Of a stretch of 64,000 nucleotides of DNA, positions 1 through 12,905 are shown in pieces. A program made the position numbers and the translations under genes. Within the stretch, counting starts at the first letter, position 1; each line of letters begins with the position of its first letter. Below the pieces are notes generated by a model, which was not told where the DNA came from, ran no database searches, and saw nothing but the letters and a program-made list of their open reading frames with translations. The DNA is from Podarcis gaigeae (taxonomy: Eukaryota), in NCBI GenBank assembly GCA_964106915.2, contig OZ066919.1. The stretch is one strand, 5' to 3'.

Positions 1-34
1 AGTGCTAATTTTTTCTTTGCAGATAGTTGTTTGT

Positions 35-330
35 AGGGATGGGGGACAAAATTGGTTGAGTTCACATTTGAAGGTGAACCTGCCTACCGTAACTTGCTCT
101 GCCTGAAGCAAAAAGTGAACTGGAGGACAGCTATCTGCACTTTTCTGAATTTTGCAATGCAGTTCGCCAGACAATGTGTACAAAAAAATGCATCTATTTG
201 AGTAAAGTGTGCATCAAAATGCATAGATTTGTGAAGACAACATCAATGCATTACATAAATGCTAATGAATTTTCACAGTGACCCTTTAAAGAAAGGAAAT
301 TTGCAACTGATATGGAGAACAACAGAAGTG
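35..330. mobile_element. Old non-autonomous DNA-transposon-like repeat with a TAGGGATG terminus; related copy at 62967-63339
   Basis: Starts TAGGGATGGG and has AT-rich internal aaaatgcat/gcatt repeats. A similar body appears in the opposite orientation near 63 kb. Confidence 0.4.
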
Positions 331-479
331 TCCAGATATAGCTTGTTTGTTTTCAATAGTGGGCTGTATTCAAACATGTGGTCCTGCACCTGTAGTCTGC
401 AGTGGTGCTATCCAAGAAAGACTACTTTATTCTTCTTCTCAGCATGTACATTAGCAAGCTGAGAAAACTCAGGAACATC

Positions 480-629
480 AAGTGCTTTCTCTCTTTCTTT
501 CTTTTTTAGAAAAAGGTACTAGTACTCACCATGAAGTTGCTATAGGGAGTGACACACTTTTAACATGGGGGGGGGGGTATGAAGGTGCCAGCACTGTGTA
601 CCTTTGAGTACCCCCCAGAAAAAGCACTG
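480..629. mobile_element. Degenerate hAT-type MITE
   Basis: AGTGCTTT...AAAAGCACTG terminal inverted ends; resembles 36234-36367. Confidence 0.45.
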
Positions 630-3626
630 CCAGCATCAATAGCTCTATATCTATGTGAAAGGAGATACAATTCACTGCCCAGTGATTTAATACAGATTCT
701 TTCTAAAAGAATATAAGCTGTTCCCACAACGTATTTTAAAGGGTTATAAATTGTACTTCAAAAATTATGTTCTGTCAAGATGATGGCACAGACTGCTTTC
801 CAACTACCTGTCTACAAGCTGAATCAGAAATGGATCCCTTTACAGCACATTCCTATACATACTGTACCTGTTTAGAAGACCATCCCATTGAATTTAATAG
901 GATTTACTCTCAGATCAGCATGTCCACTAATCTGTTATGGGGTTTTCTCCAATGCTCCAGAACAGATATAGAGAGCATGCAGGTTACATGCAGCGGGGAG
1001 GGGAGCCCTAATGCTCATGTGGAAATCCTTGCACTGACAGGATGAGGGACTTGGATATTACCTTAAGCAGAACTCATATTGCACATGTCAGTTTGGGTGC
1101 AGCTTCATGCAACCACACTCTGAACACAGAAGAAACAAATACGAACAATCCATGCAAACCAGGGGCAATGTTCAAATGCCTTGCCTGGTACAATGCATCA
1201 CAAAGAAACGAGAAGAATTACCGTAGTAAACGCTACTTGGCACACCAAATTGAAATGGATCAGATTTGCTGGAAAAGAGTAAGGAAATCTGATGTCCGAG
1301 GACCTGGGCTGAATTAAGTAGAAAGGTTTTCAGTCTTCTCGTTGGATGTTGGATATTGCTGTCATGCAATCACAACAAGGGAAGGGCTCCCATAATTTAT
1401 CCCGTTTGACCCCCTGCCAAATCAGGATTCCCAGCCTTATACTGTACAATACCTGATTAACAGCCATCCATTCTCTTCTTAGAGACCTTTTGGGAAGGCT
1501 GTTCTGCAACTTCCCAGAGGTATTTGCTCTACAGCCCACCTGTTCTTATGTCTAAAGCATTTTCTTCACCCCTAACGTTAAGAGCAGATGAAGTGGCATG
1601 GAAGCCAATTTGCTTGCACAGAACCAGCAGGCTCTATCATGATAGAGCTCCCCTGGGGGAAAGGTTGACAGCCTCTGATGCTGTACCTTTAAAAAAAGAC
1701 TTGCAGTCCCTAAGTAATAGTCATGCTCCAGTGTGTTTAGTATTTTGGCTGAGCTCAGTGCAAACCACAGTGATTTAAAGCTTGGAGATCAAGTAGGATA
1801 CAGCAGATTCAGAATTATTTATTTCTTTACTGCAGAAAGCCTCACTACGGATTATTTACTGCATGTGGGGCTATTTAGGATGGGGGGGTGTAGATTGATT
1901 GAAATTTTTCAATTAAAACAAGCAGTCTTTTAAAAAGATTTAAGGTTTTATCAGTGAGAAGAAAATAACTCAAAGAGGCAGAAGCTCTGGTAATTCTCTG
2001 GCTGCAAATAGGGGCCAAAGGGAAGGGGGACTAAGGAAACTTTATTTTTCAAGGGAAGGTCAAAATTACAATGGGGGAGAACCTACCAGCATTACTGTTC
2101 TCTCCTTCACAACATTCATGTTATCTCTCCTCGTTTATCTCTGATGTCTGTTAATATTTATTGGGAGCAAGGAATTGTTCTGGGGATTAATTACAATCAG
2201 AGAGCTGTTTCAGTCCACAGCACCATACGTTGCATCTGAATGAGATCTAGTGATATTATTCATATAGCATCAATGTATGTGATGAGGGGGATGAAAACAA
2301 GGTTTGCAGAGGTCAGGATTTTTCAGCCTAATTTAAGGTGCTGCATCTTTTATCTGAGGGAGTTCAGCGTTTTTTAGGAACATTAGTTGCATTCAGGCAT
2401 CTCAGTAATAGTGCCAGTTTAGATTTTTTTTAAAACAACAACAACAACAACTGATATTGCATCTTAATCACTTACATAAATGTAGTGCTTCTGTATGCAA
2501 TGGATAGCTGGAATTCAGCTGAAAGTTCTACTCAACACAGTTCCAATGAATTAAGAAGCAAATGGGAACTTGGCAAAACCTATTTTATAGCCCCGAACAA
2601 AATTATTAGGTGCTTATCAGGACTGCAGTAGGTTAAAATATTACTCTAGACACCTTTAAAGGTGAAGAGGGGCATAGACAGCAGTATTCATGATGTTCAA
2701 ACTAGAATGGGCAAAGGGCAAATGGAGAAATTACATGGGGTGATCTGCAAGGTTAGTCAGAGTAGAGTTATTGGGGAAAGAGGAGACGAGCAAAATGAGG
2801 AAGAGGCAATAATGAAAAAGTCAGAGGATTAAACCAAGGGGCTTTAGTCCTCTGAGGGTCTGAGGGCCACATTTTCGCGTGGGCAAGTTTATGGGACCTG
2901 AATGCCAATGGAGAGTGTAGCCAAAGACAAAAGTAGAGGCCTGAAGGGGCACATTTGGCTTCTGGGACTGAAGCTTCCCAGCCATGAAAACTACCCTGTG
3001 CATCCCTGGGAACCCCCCCCCCCCCGGTTTTCACTTTGCTCACCCCTGGAAAAATTCCTGAAGATACCCATGCAGCTCATAGATCATACAGGTATTGGTA
3101 TATAAGACTGCAGCATGATTTAGTTTTGATTAAGATCCAGCTGCAAATGTTAAAGCACTGTAACCATATCTACCAATGGGTTCTAGGTGTTGTTTTTGTC
3201 CTCAGGTGTGTTGGTTCCCCCCACCCTAAATGCATTGCGTTGCTAAGAAGAGAGAAAGAACCTGCTGAGGGATGCTTGCCCCATGAGTTATGGCAGATTA
3301 GAATTTTATACGACAAAATCCTGGTACAACAGCACTGTTTTTTCTAAAAAGCTTTTATGTAAGTAATCCATAATTTATTATAAAAATGGGGTATTAGAAG
3401 GGGCTGGAGGAAAATAATTGACTGGAGGAGAAGTAGTAACACTGTCAGCTCCAATCCCTCAAGGCCCATAGATTTCCCCAGCCTCAGCTTCCATTCCCTG
3501 CTTAGATCCTGGGCACCTGCCAAGTAAGCAATCTGAAGAGCTACATATTGACCAAGCACAATTGTAGTTCTGATTGTGCCCATTAACAAGGAAAGATGCA
3601 GCATGGGTTTGAGAGGCAGACTATAA

Positions 3627-3630
<4 letters not shown>

Positions 3631-3672
<42 letters not shown>
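3631..3672 (+). repeat. (AG)21 microsatellite
   Basis: Directly visible; explains the SLSLSL ORF at 3344-3796. Confidence 0.98.
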
Positions 3673-3678
<6 letters not shown>

Positions 3679-5283
3679 TATACCTACCGCACCACTTTTC
3701 ATTTATAGGAAAATACCAAAATGGTTTCCAGTGTATTAAAACTATACAAAATCCTATTAAAATCAACGAGTTAAATAAAATAGTATCAAACAACAAAAAT
3801 AAACAGCACAGTAATCGGTTGTGAGGTATCAGTACTAACTGTCACCAAATGCAGACTAAAGTACATTGCAGATCAGCTGCGTTCAGTTTGGTAGATCACA
3901 AGTTGTGCAAGTTGTCATGCCCTCACTCAGAATAAGCTAAACAAACCGATGTTCTGATTCAGCCCCACCCCTTATATTCCCACCCCTGTCATAACCTTAT
4001 AGACTTCCTAAGCAGTTGTTAAATCCTGTCTCCCCCACCCCAAGTAGTTATAATTTCCTGGCCAGTAATATTTTTATAGTTCATTCTTTCCAGGAATCCT
4101 CTTGCTCCTCTCAAATTGTGTAGTCTCCCGAGGAATTCCTGGGCCACCATCTGCCTTAAGGAAGATGTGACTATGGACAGAGTTCAGATATAGTCAAGAG
4201 CAAATGATCAAAACAGTGTTGTCATATCCACCGGCAAGGATATTTTGAGGTCTAGGCCTAGACTGAATGAGTGAAGAAGGAAAGGAGTGCTGGAGCAAAT
4301 ACATGGGCGAGAAAACATTGCCAAAATAGTGTGTTTCCTAGACCCTACTACTGGAAATCATGTCTGGACAAAAACAATTCTGAAGATGCATGGCAGGAAA
4401 GTGATTTTATGCATAATTTGCAATGGTAGATGGAAAAAACCAAACCAAAACACCATCACCGCTTGCTCTGTTTTGGGGGGTAAGCTTACATTCCCAGCCC
4501 AAGATGTATAAACAAGATAGCCACTGAATCCCACTGATGAGAATTTAGTGCAAGCCCTTAATTAAAGAAGAACTAGAAGAAGAGTGCATGTCAGTTGAAC
4601 ACACTCAGGAGAATGCAGGAGCTTGGTGAAATTGAACAGGGGGAAAGCAAAAAATAGAAAGTAAATGGAAATTGTTCAAAGGTAATTGAATGTATGTCTG
4701 AGCATTTATGTGTGCTAGCTAGCAATAAATACACTTTGCGGCAAAGCAAGCCAGTATGGGCAAATAAAGAAAGTGCAGAAAGCAATCAAGGGGAAGGAAG
4801 AAGCATAAGCAAGCTGAACTAAAGTACTGTTTTGAGCTGGATTGGGAGAGGAATAAAAGCCAGAGTGAGAGAGTCAGTTTGCAGTCCTGCAGCTGATGCA
4901 GAATTATAGACATGGCAAGTAGGACAAAGCCTACACAATTGTCTTGAAAATATAAATATACTGCCCCCACCTGTACAGATACCAGAGTGAGGTACAATGC
5001 ATAAAATAAATAAACCATATGATATGATAGATGCAGTAGAAAGTCTAGCAAGATATCAGGCAGACATTCCAGGTCACTAAGTTGCTCAGTGTCAGGAAAC
5101 AGGGAGCTTTTGCTGGGCCACGACTATAGGGAGATTTAATGGGAATTCTGGGTTGACTTTTCTAAGGTGTGTGTGTATGGGGAGGGAGTGTGCTGCTGAT
5201 AGGTGAGCATCTTTCATTGCTCTATGTACAGGGAGTTAATACAGAGAGTATAATCCCTGTAGGATAAACAGCACCATTTAGAA

Positions 5284-5398
5284 CAGCCTTTCTCAACCTT
5301 TTACAACTCCCATCATCCTTAGCTAGCAGGACCAGTGTTCCAGAGTGATGGGAGTTGCAGTCCAACAACATAGAGGGAACCAAGGTTGAAAGAGGCTA
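5284..5398. mobile_element. Small hAT-type MITE of the squamate 'acaactcccatcatc' family; related copies near 11140-11275, 40800-40930, 46122-46258, 57450-57540 and 63421-63480
   Basis: Imperfect TIRs CAGCCTTTCTCAACCTT / AAGGTTGAAAGAGGCT. Internal palindrome caactcccatcatc...gatgggagttg recurs across the window. Confidence 0.65.
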
Positions 5399-8300
5399 AG
5401 TGTTTCTGGGACTCTGAACTCCTGTTGGGAAATGAAAATTCTTTGCTTTGTCTCCAGTCCACTTTCCCAGCTTGATCCTCTGAAATATTTGGTTCAGAAG
5501 CATGAAGAAGGTGGAAACGTATCTAGATAAATTTATGTTTGGCTCCCTTCAACAGGTGCATAAGAAATGGAGCTTAGTTTGCCATAGGTCCAAGTTAAAC
5601 TCTGTCTTAAGAAGGGGACTGGCTTCCACCGGGCACAATTTCCCATTAACGTGATGAATACTCACATGATTAATAGTTCTCCTTTGGGAATCACATACAC
5701 TGAAACCCAAGACTATTCAGGCCGGAAGGGAAGTGTTGAGATATCCTAGCAGCTGGATTCATTTTCTCAATTTTCTATTGGCAAAATCAGGAACTGCAAG
5801 TTTCTAAAAAAAAATTGTAGGAATTCTTAGAGCCTTCTGCTGCCACCTGCTGGACCAGGATCGATTGCAGTGCTCCAAATGTTTCCATTTTCCAATGCTC
5901 TTGATTCCCAGCCACCCCCATTATACACTCTCAATTTTTGCATATTGGCAGAGCAAGCAAGGGACTCCAACTCCATGAAACGGGCCAAAGGAAATAGACT
6001 TTCAACTGTGCATTTAGACCTTGGGAGGAAATGGGAAGTTTTGAAGTTCAGAATATCTATGTATCTACAATCTTCTGGCTGCAAATACTGCTGGGTTTTT
6101 TAAGAACTTTTTAAAAATATGGTTGTTTGGCCATCTCTCAGGTGTGAGAGAGAGGATGCAGAAGCAGCTATCCAGACATCCAGATTGGGGTTCTAGGTTG
6201 TTGGTTTTTTTTTGGGGGGGGGTGTCTTCAAGCTAGAACCAAATATAAAAGAAGAAAATCTCTAAATGCTGAACCTGTCCCTGCTCTTTGACCCATGGGT
6301 TATATTTACAGGGGTTTGCCCAGAATCTTATTTAAATGGCTGAGATAAACCTGTGTAGCCATTTCTCAAATCCTGAACTGGTGAATTAGCATTTCAAACA
6401 TTTTATAATATGTATTAAAAGTAACAATAGAGGGTGTGCCAGGTAGTAGAAGTAGTAGTAGTAGAATGAATGAATGATGTATGGTGTTGAACAAAGCCAT
6501 TATGATAAGTTTACATCTGCACAGCAAAGCAACACATATGGAGGGAATATGTACAGAAATTCTTCTAGATCTGAAATGCCCCTCCCACTTTCTCTTTCTT
6601 AGGTTATGCCTACTTTTGGGGCCGAATTGCTACTGATGTGTAGTGGCTGTTCTCATGATCAACATTGGCCACATTTCACCACTGCGTGATTAACTTCCAG
6701 TCACATGGCTGCCACAGTCAACGCTGCTAGAGAGCTCAATGATTGTAGCAGGGAACAAAGAGCTTTTTCACCTTTCTTGCACCTTCAACAACTCACTTAA
6801 AAAGCAGGCAGTGAATTTGACCTGCAAGGATAACCCCTATGGGACCCGGATATCACTTATCGAGTCTAAAGATTGTGCCCTAGTCTAGGCTGATGTGAAG
6901 TGCAGCACCCTTGGCTTGAGTTCTTTCCCCTTCCTCGCTTCAACCCCAGCACACAAAAAACCTGTCACCTTGGCTAGGAAACATACTACCTCAATCACAA
7001 TCACACTTCAATCACCAGACTGTCTCTTTCTCAGCTCCTGTCCTTGGTTCTGAGTATTTACAGCCCATCTGTCAGTCTCAAACACACTTCTCATTCAAGA
7101 GGGGAATTAATCTCTCTCCTCCTCCACCTCCACCACACATTTGCCATTTGCCATGAACTGCTTCCCTTTATCTCATCAAACATTTTCTTTGACTTGGAAA
7201 ATGCTTTGCACCCAACGCATCTGGGCAGGTAATTGACTGCACTGTTACTTAGTTGCCCCCTCTATGGCTTTCCCAGCTAACAGACGTATCCACTGCAACT
7301 TTTAAAGTAGGTACAAAATTCAGATGCCACATGAGTGCCGTCTCTATGTCTGCACATTAAATAAGAGCCAAATTCTTGTAGAACATGTCAACAATGTGTC
7401 ATTAATGTAGAGTACCCTATTCCAGATTCCCTAGCATTTTTGCTTGGGAAAGAAGGGTGTGTGTGACAAGGGTGGCAGTGACAAAGATATACTGCTGCAG
7501 AACTGATCTTCTCATTACTTTAATATCAACCCAGTGCAGGATTTAAGGTGGTGTGAGCCATTCTGCCATACTGGGAGCTGAGCCATGGGGGCACACAAGT
7601 GAGATGATCCATAATGGTGAAGATTTTGGGGTGCCAAATGTTGGCCTTGCAAAGGGTGCCATATTTTGAAAGATTACCAAAGTCTGCCTCCAATCAACCT
7701 CCCACACTATGGTAACCAGGAATTTCAGATTTCCTAAAAAGAGAAACATACTCCAATCCTATAATTGCCATTTTCAGTTCTTTTCAGATAGCTGAGAATA
7801 AAATGATAGAGGTGTTGTATGTGTTTTCCCAATACAACCCCATTGTCATTCTCAGATTTTTGCAGTACTTATTTTATTTTGTTGTTGTTGTTGTTTTTAA
7901 AAAACCTTCATAAGCCAGTTGACTGTATGCTCCACAGGAAATAGCACCTGTATTAAACCACCTTCAACACGCTTATCTAAAAAAGCTTGCATCCTATATG
8001 CTTATACCGCAACAGACATATGCACTTATAAGATAGATAGAGTGATCTTTATTACATTCCTCTAATTGTGCTACATGTTTTATTTAACTGTAATAAGTAA
8101 AGCCCAATGTGGAAATGATAAAAAAAACCAAAGGATGTTAAACTGTGCACGCAGGCTTGCTGTCATTTACTGGTGTTTATATTAAACACTGCCTCTTCCT
8201 GTCTTGTTCTTCTGCCAACATTAATGCCTGGCTAATGATGCAGATTGCAACTCCTGTGACAGAAGATAATTGTGCAGGCATGGTTCCTTCACACTTGAAT

Positions 8301-8649
8301 TTACAGTGTCTGTTAGCACGGGAAAAGGAAGAGCAGAAGGGACTGCAAACAAACTTGGCTTCAAGTGAAGTAAAAAAAAAAATCTGCCTAACATTCACCC
8401 ACATACGTGGTTTCATATGCAGGTGCTAATGTGTGCAGTGTTCATCCACTAGCCCTCCTAGGCTAGATCAGTTTAAAACAGGTGAGAAGGCACTCATTCT
8501 TCACATGGTGGATGTACAGGGAGTCAGTCTGTTGCTTTCCAGCTATTGTTGGACATCAGCCCCAGGCAGCATGGGCAATGGTCAAGGATCCTGGGGCTGG
8601 AGGCAAACAATATCAGAGGGCACTGCATTGGCTACACGTGGATTAATAC

Positions 8650-8833
8650 TGGGTTAGAAGATTTGGATTTAGGAGCCCTGTGGTCAAAACCCCACTTGGA
8701 CCATGAAGATCAGTGGGTTGCTTTGAGCCAAACACTGTTTTTTAGCCTAGGGTTGTTGTAATGAAGACAAAGTGAGATAACCCCTTCCATGTACACTGTT
8801 CTGAAATCCTTGGACAAGGGATGGGATATAATT
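8650..8833 (+). mobile_element. Decayed tRNA-derived CORE/Squam3-like SINE
   Basis: B-box-like ggtcaaaaccccac, then ccatgaag...gagcca...agcct...gggttgttgt body and an L2-like tail gggatataa. Confidence 0.5.
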
Positions 8834-9084
8834 GCAAGGGGCATATTTTATATTAGAAGTATATCCGAATTGTGAAAGTGTCTCTTGATTACCTAGATGG
8901 AGGATGCAAAGATATGTGTGTGGAGAAACCTCTGGTTTTTATATGGCTGATCTTTTCCACATCTGTTTATTCACCCACTTTTGCCTCTGACTACACTCAC
9001 TGGCTGCATCTAGCTGTGCTTGTCACTGGTGTGTAGCCAAGAGACAACATGGCCTTTGGGATGAAAACGTTTCCCTCCCTCCCT

Positions 9085-9850
9085 GATTTTGATTTTATTT
9101 CATAAAATTTATACACTGTAAAAAAAAAATCCCTCAAAGCAGTTTACAAAAAAAGATAAAACAATAAAATTTCCATTATAAAAATTAACAACAATTTAAA
9201 ACTTTCAAGAAGTTGAAATAACAATAGACTAAAAACTGATTAAAACTCACATCAACTTTCTAAACATCTGGGTAAAGGTAAAGGGACCCCCGACCATTAG
9301 GTCCAGTCGTGACCGACTCTGGGGTTGCGGCACTCATCTCACTTTATTGGCCAAGGGAGCCGGCGTACAGCTTCCAGGTCATGTGGCCAGCATGACTAAG
9401 CCGCTTCTGGTGAACCAGAGCAGCGCACGGAAATGCCGTTTACCTTCCTGCCGGAGCGGTTCCTATTTATCTACTTGCACTTTGAGGTGCTTTTGAACTG
9501 CTAGGTTGGCAGGAGCAGGGACTGAGCAACGGGAGCTTACCCCGTTGCGGGGATTCGAACCGCCGACCTTCTGATCAGCAAGTCCTAGGCTCTGTGGTTT
9601 AACCCACAGCGCCACTCGCATCCCAAAACATCTGGGTAGGCTTGTCTAAATAAGAAGTTTTTAACAGGCACTGAAGAGAGCACAGGGAAGGTGCTTGCCT
9701 GATGTCAATCGGCAGGGCTTTCCAAAGTGTAGGTGCTGCCACACTAAAAGATCAAGGTTCTTGCAATGGGTATTATGAAACACCTATAACAGTGCCATTT
9801 CCGCCAGAAGTAGTTGTGTGGGCGTGTATGGGGTAAGGCAGGCTTGTAGG
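9085..9850 (-). mobile_element. L2-like LINE 3' remnant, interrupted by the Sauria SINE
   Basis: ttttattt...cctcaaagcagtttaca tail and ggcagggc.ttccaaagtgtaggtgctgccac, typical of reverse-oriented squamate L2 3' ends. Confidence 0.5.
9275..9624 (-). mobile_element. Full-length Sauria SINE (POM/lacertid type)
   Basis: tRNA-like head with B box (reverse complement ggttcgaatcc), characteristic body and (ACCTTT)n tail. 13-bp TSD AAACATCTGGGTA at 9262-9274 and 9626-9638. Confidence 0.93.
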
Positions 9851-10753
9851 TAAATAGATCATATGTTACACAAACACAGTAGCTGTTCTTTGAGAATATG
9901 GTTGTGTGTAGAAGAGTTTTTGCATTGCAGTTCAGCCATTATATGAACAATGTGGAATTATTAATTGAGGACAGCGGACCTGGGTGTTTAGTAATGCATC
10001 ATCTAATGGACAGTATATGTGCCTGTTCTGGAGCAAGCATCCTTCTTTTATGCTTTCAAAAAAAATAAAAATGTAGCAGTAGCCCGAGGGAAAGAGGGGA
10101 GGGAAGAGAAACAATTTACCTTAATGACATGGTTTGCTTAAGAATTAAGTGTTGATGAAAGTTGAAAGCTAAAGCTTACTTTTTAATTCACAGACCAGCT
10201 GCAACACAGCATGAGGAGAGAGTGGGGGGTTGGCCGTTTCATTTGCTAAAACACCTTTCTCCTGGTACGATGATGACTATACTCTTCAGTAATTCAATTT
10301 AATTGAAATGCCACGCTTGTTAAATTCTAAGTCCTATATTGATCAACATATGTCAACTGTGGAAAATTGCACTAAATTGTGTTACATTTCCTGGGATGAG
10401 TCAACTGTCCACCGGTGTCTGAAGCAAGCTTAGGCTACCGAGGTAAGATTGGACCAGGACTGATATTGCATCTAGAATTGGATTTTCTTATCAAGTCCTT
10501 TCTTTTCTTTTTAAAGAACAAATGAAAGAAAAGAGACATACCCAGAAAAACTGCAGGATCTCATAAGAGTCGGTAATCAGGCTATGCCAGCCCAGCACTC
10601 TTTAAGAGCAAATATTGCAGCAGCTAAACTTAGTGTAGTGGTGGCAATGGGAAGATTAATATCAGACTGTACTTAAGCAGCAGAGTAGTTTTAGCTACTT
10701 GGACCTGAGGTCTAAGGGCTGTAGGGCCAGTTCACATGTGATTCATTTCCTAC

Positions 10754-11030
10754 AAGAACATAAGAGCTCTGCTGCATCACACACAGCACCAACTAGTCCA
10801 GCATCCTGTTCCCGCAGTGGCTAACCAGATATCTGTGTGATAGCACTCCCTCCTCATGATCCCAACAAACTGGAATCCAGAGGCATTCTGCGCCTGATAG
10901 CGTAGATAATAGGTAGCCATTAGTAGCCAATGATAGCCTTAGCTTTGACTTTATCTAAGCCCATTTTAAAGCCATCCAAGTTAGTGGCCATCACTACTAC
11001 ATCTTCTTGTAGCAGATTCCATGGCTTAGC
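10754..11030 (-). mobile_element. CR1 LINE 3' end
   Basis: aagaacataaga tail, ctagtccagcatcctg, tagccaatgatagcc and ttttaaagccatccaagttagtggccatcac: the usual reverse-strand CR1 3' UTR/ORF2 end. Confidence 0.75.
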
Positions 11031-12619
11031 TATCCTTTAGAATGCACAGAGTCAGTTGCCTGATCCACTGGGTTGCAGTAATGAAACAGAACAGAAACAG
11101 AAACCCCAAACCACTTTCATTTTTTAAAGCCGAAATATGACGGGGAAGCTTTGGGCATGCAGATGTTGCTGGACTACAACTCACAGCATCCTTAAGAATA
11201 GGCCAAGCTGGCTGGAGCGGATAGGAGAAGGAATCCAACAACATCTAGAAAGTGTGAGGTTCTCCTCCCTGCCTTGGTTTAAATATGGCAGCAAGCCACA
11301 CACCAGATTGTGTTCAGATCACTTCTCAACTTGGACAGACTAACCACATGGAGTTAAAGAGATCAGCACCTGGCAGTTTCTCCTTTTCAAGTGAGGATTC
11401 TCAGTAGCAACTGATTACACTGCACTTTCAGTGTGTTGCTTCACCTGTTAAGTGCCTCTTGCGTAACACTTTGAATGATAGGTGCTTTTACTTTCAAAAG
11501 CATTCAGAAGCCATATTCAAGCACACACATACACACATGCACATAGCTTAATTGACGCTGTTTTCACAAGTCCTTCAAGTCACCTGCAATATCAAGTCAT
11601 TTAAGTGATATTTTCACAACCTATTTACTGAGGTACCTGCCAATCAATCCGCCCACACGGTAAAACAGAAAGTGTTTGGAGGATGGGAAGAGCTTGGAAA
11701 ATGGCAGAGAAACTGTCACTTTCCTCCAATGGCAGTCATCATGGTAGCTTTGCTGGATTACATTGCTTGACACTTCGCTGGAAATAAAATTTACAGGCTA
11801 AAGCCTCCACAATCTTGACAGCAAAAAAGCCCTGCTCTGCAAATCAATAAAATTCCACAGAGAAGAGTGTGCCACACATGTGCACAAACACATAGTGAAA
11901 TTCTATATAGATCTACTCGGATATAAGCCCATTGAATTGATGGTCCCCAGGTAAGCAGGTTTAGGGCTGCAGCCAAAGTAGATGCATTTTGCAAACACCC
12001 ACCACTTGACTGCTTCTTTTCCTTTTAAATGTATAAAGGGAAATGCAACTGAACAGGACAAAAAGCTGTAGCCCTTTGACTGTCATTATATATAAGTAAC
12101 ATATAGTAAATCAGAATAATCTGTAATTTCAGACCTACTTTCATTTCACTATTTGTTTTATGCCATTGTTTTCCTCTGTTTCTATTCCGCTCAGTGTCCT
12201 TACTGCTTCTCTTTGCACAGGAGAGTTCAAGAAACAAGATCTTTTGCAGTGTCCTCCATGGAGGCCCTCTCCAAGGGCACAAGGACTCCAAGCTAATGAA
12301 TGGTAGAAACAGGCAGTGGGTGGCATGGATAGAATCAGGGTGAAACCCAGCTCACCGCCCCCACTTTCCAGTGAGCAGCAATGGCTCATTGTGGCTGCCT
12401 TTTCCTTTTAGCTCTGATTTTGCAGCATTCGCCATCCTCAGGAAAGAAAGATGAATCCAGACAGCAAATGTTAAGGTGGGTGAAATAGAAATGAACGGCT
12501 TCTTCTCGTTTTGGACCAGCCCTAGTTTGATGTGTAACTATTTATGAGCACTCTTTTGAGTATGGCTTTCCAACCAATTGTGAATCCACTTGAGAGTATT
12601 GCCCACATTTAACTCGTTT

Positions 12620-12905
12620 GCTAACCAAAAAAAACATGGACAACTTTGTCAAATGCTTTGCTGAAATCAAGATAAATTACATGTGCGGCATTCCCACAAC
12701 CCATTAAGCTAGTCACCGAAGTAAAAGAGGGAGAGATAAAATTAGCCCGGCAGGATTTATTCTTGACAAAGTCATGCTGGCTCATACTAATCATTCCATT
12801 TTAAACAAAACACAAATGAACTCTTTTTTATAATCTGTTGTAGTGTCTCCCCTTGTATCAAATATAAACTTGACCTGCAGTTTCCCAGAACTTCCTTTTC
12901 CCTGT
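12620..12905 (-). mobile_element. CR1 reverse-transcriptase fragment
   Basis: The reverse strand encodes GNAAHVIYLDFSKAFDKV, the CR1/L2-clade RT motif. Confidence 0.75.

Noticed and set aside
3344-3796. Longer ORFs such as 3344-3796, 21469-21840, 32097-32594, 35243-35548, 35874-36335, 46191-46568 and 53234-53689
   Set aside because: Built on microsatellites or MITEs, or random open frames with no splice signals or homology.
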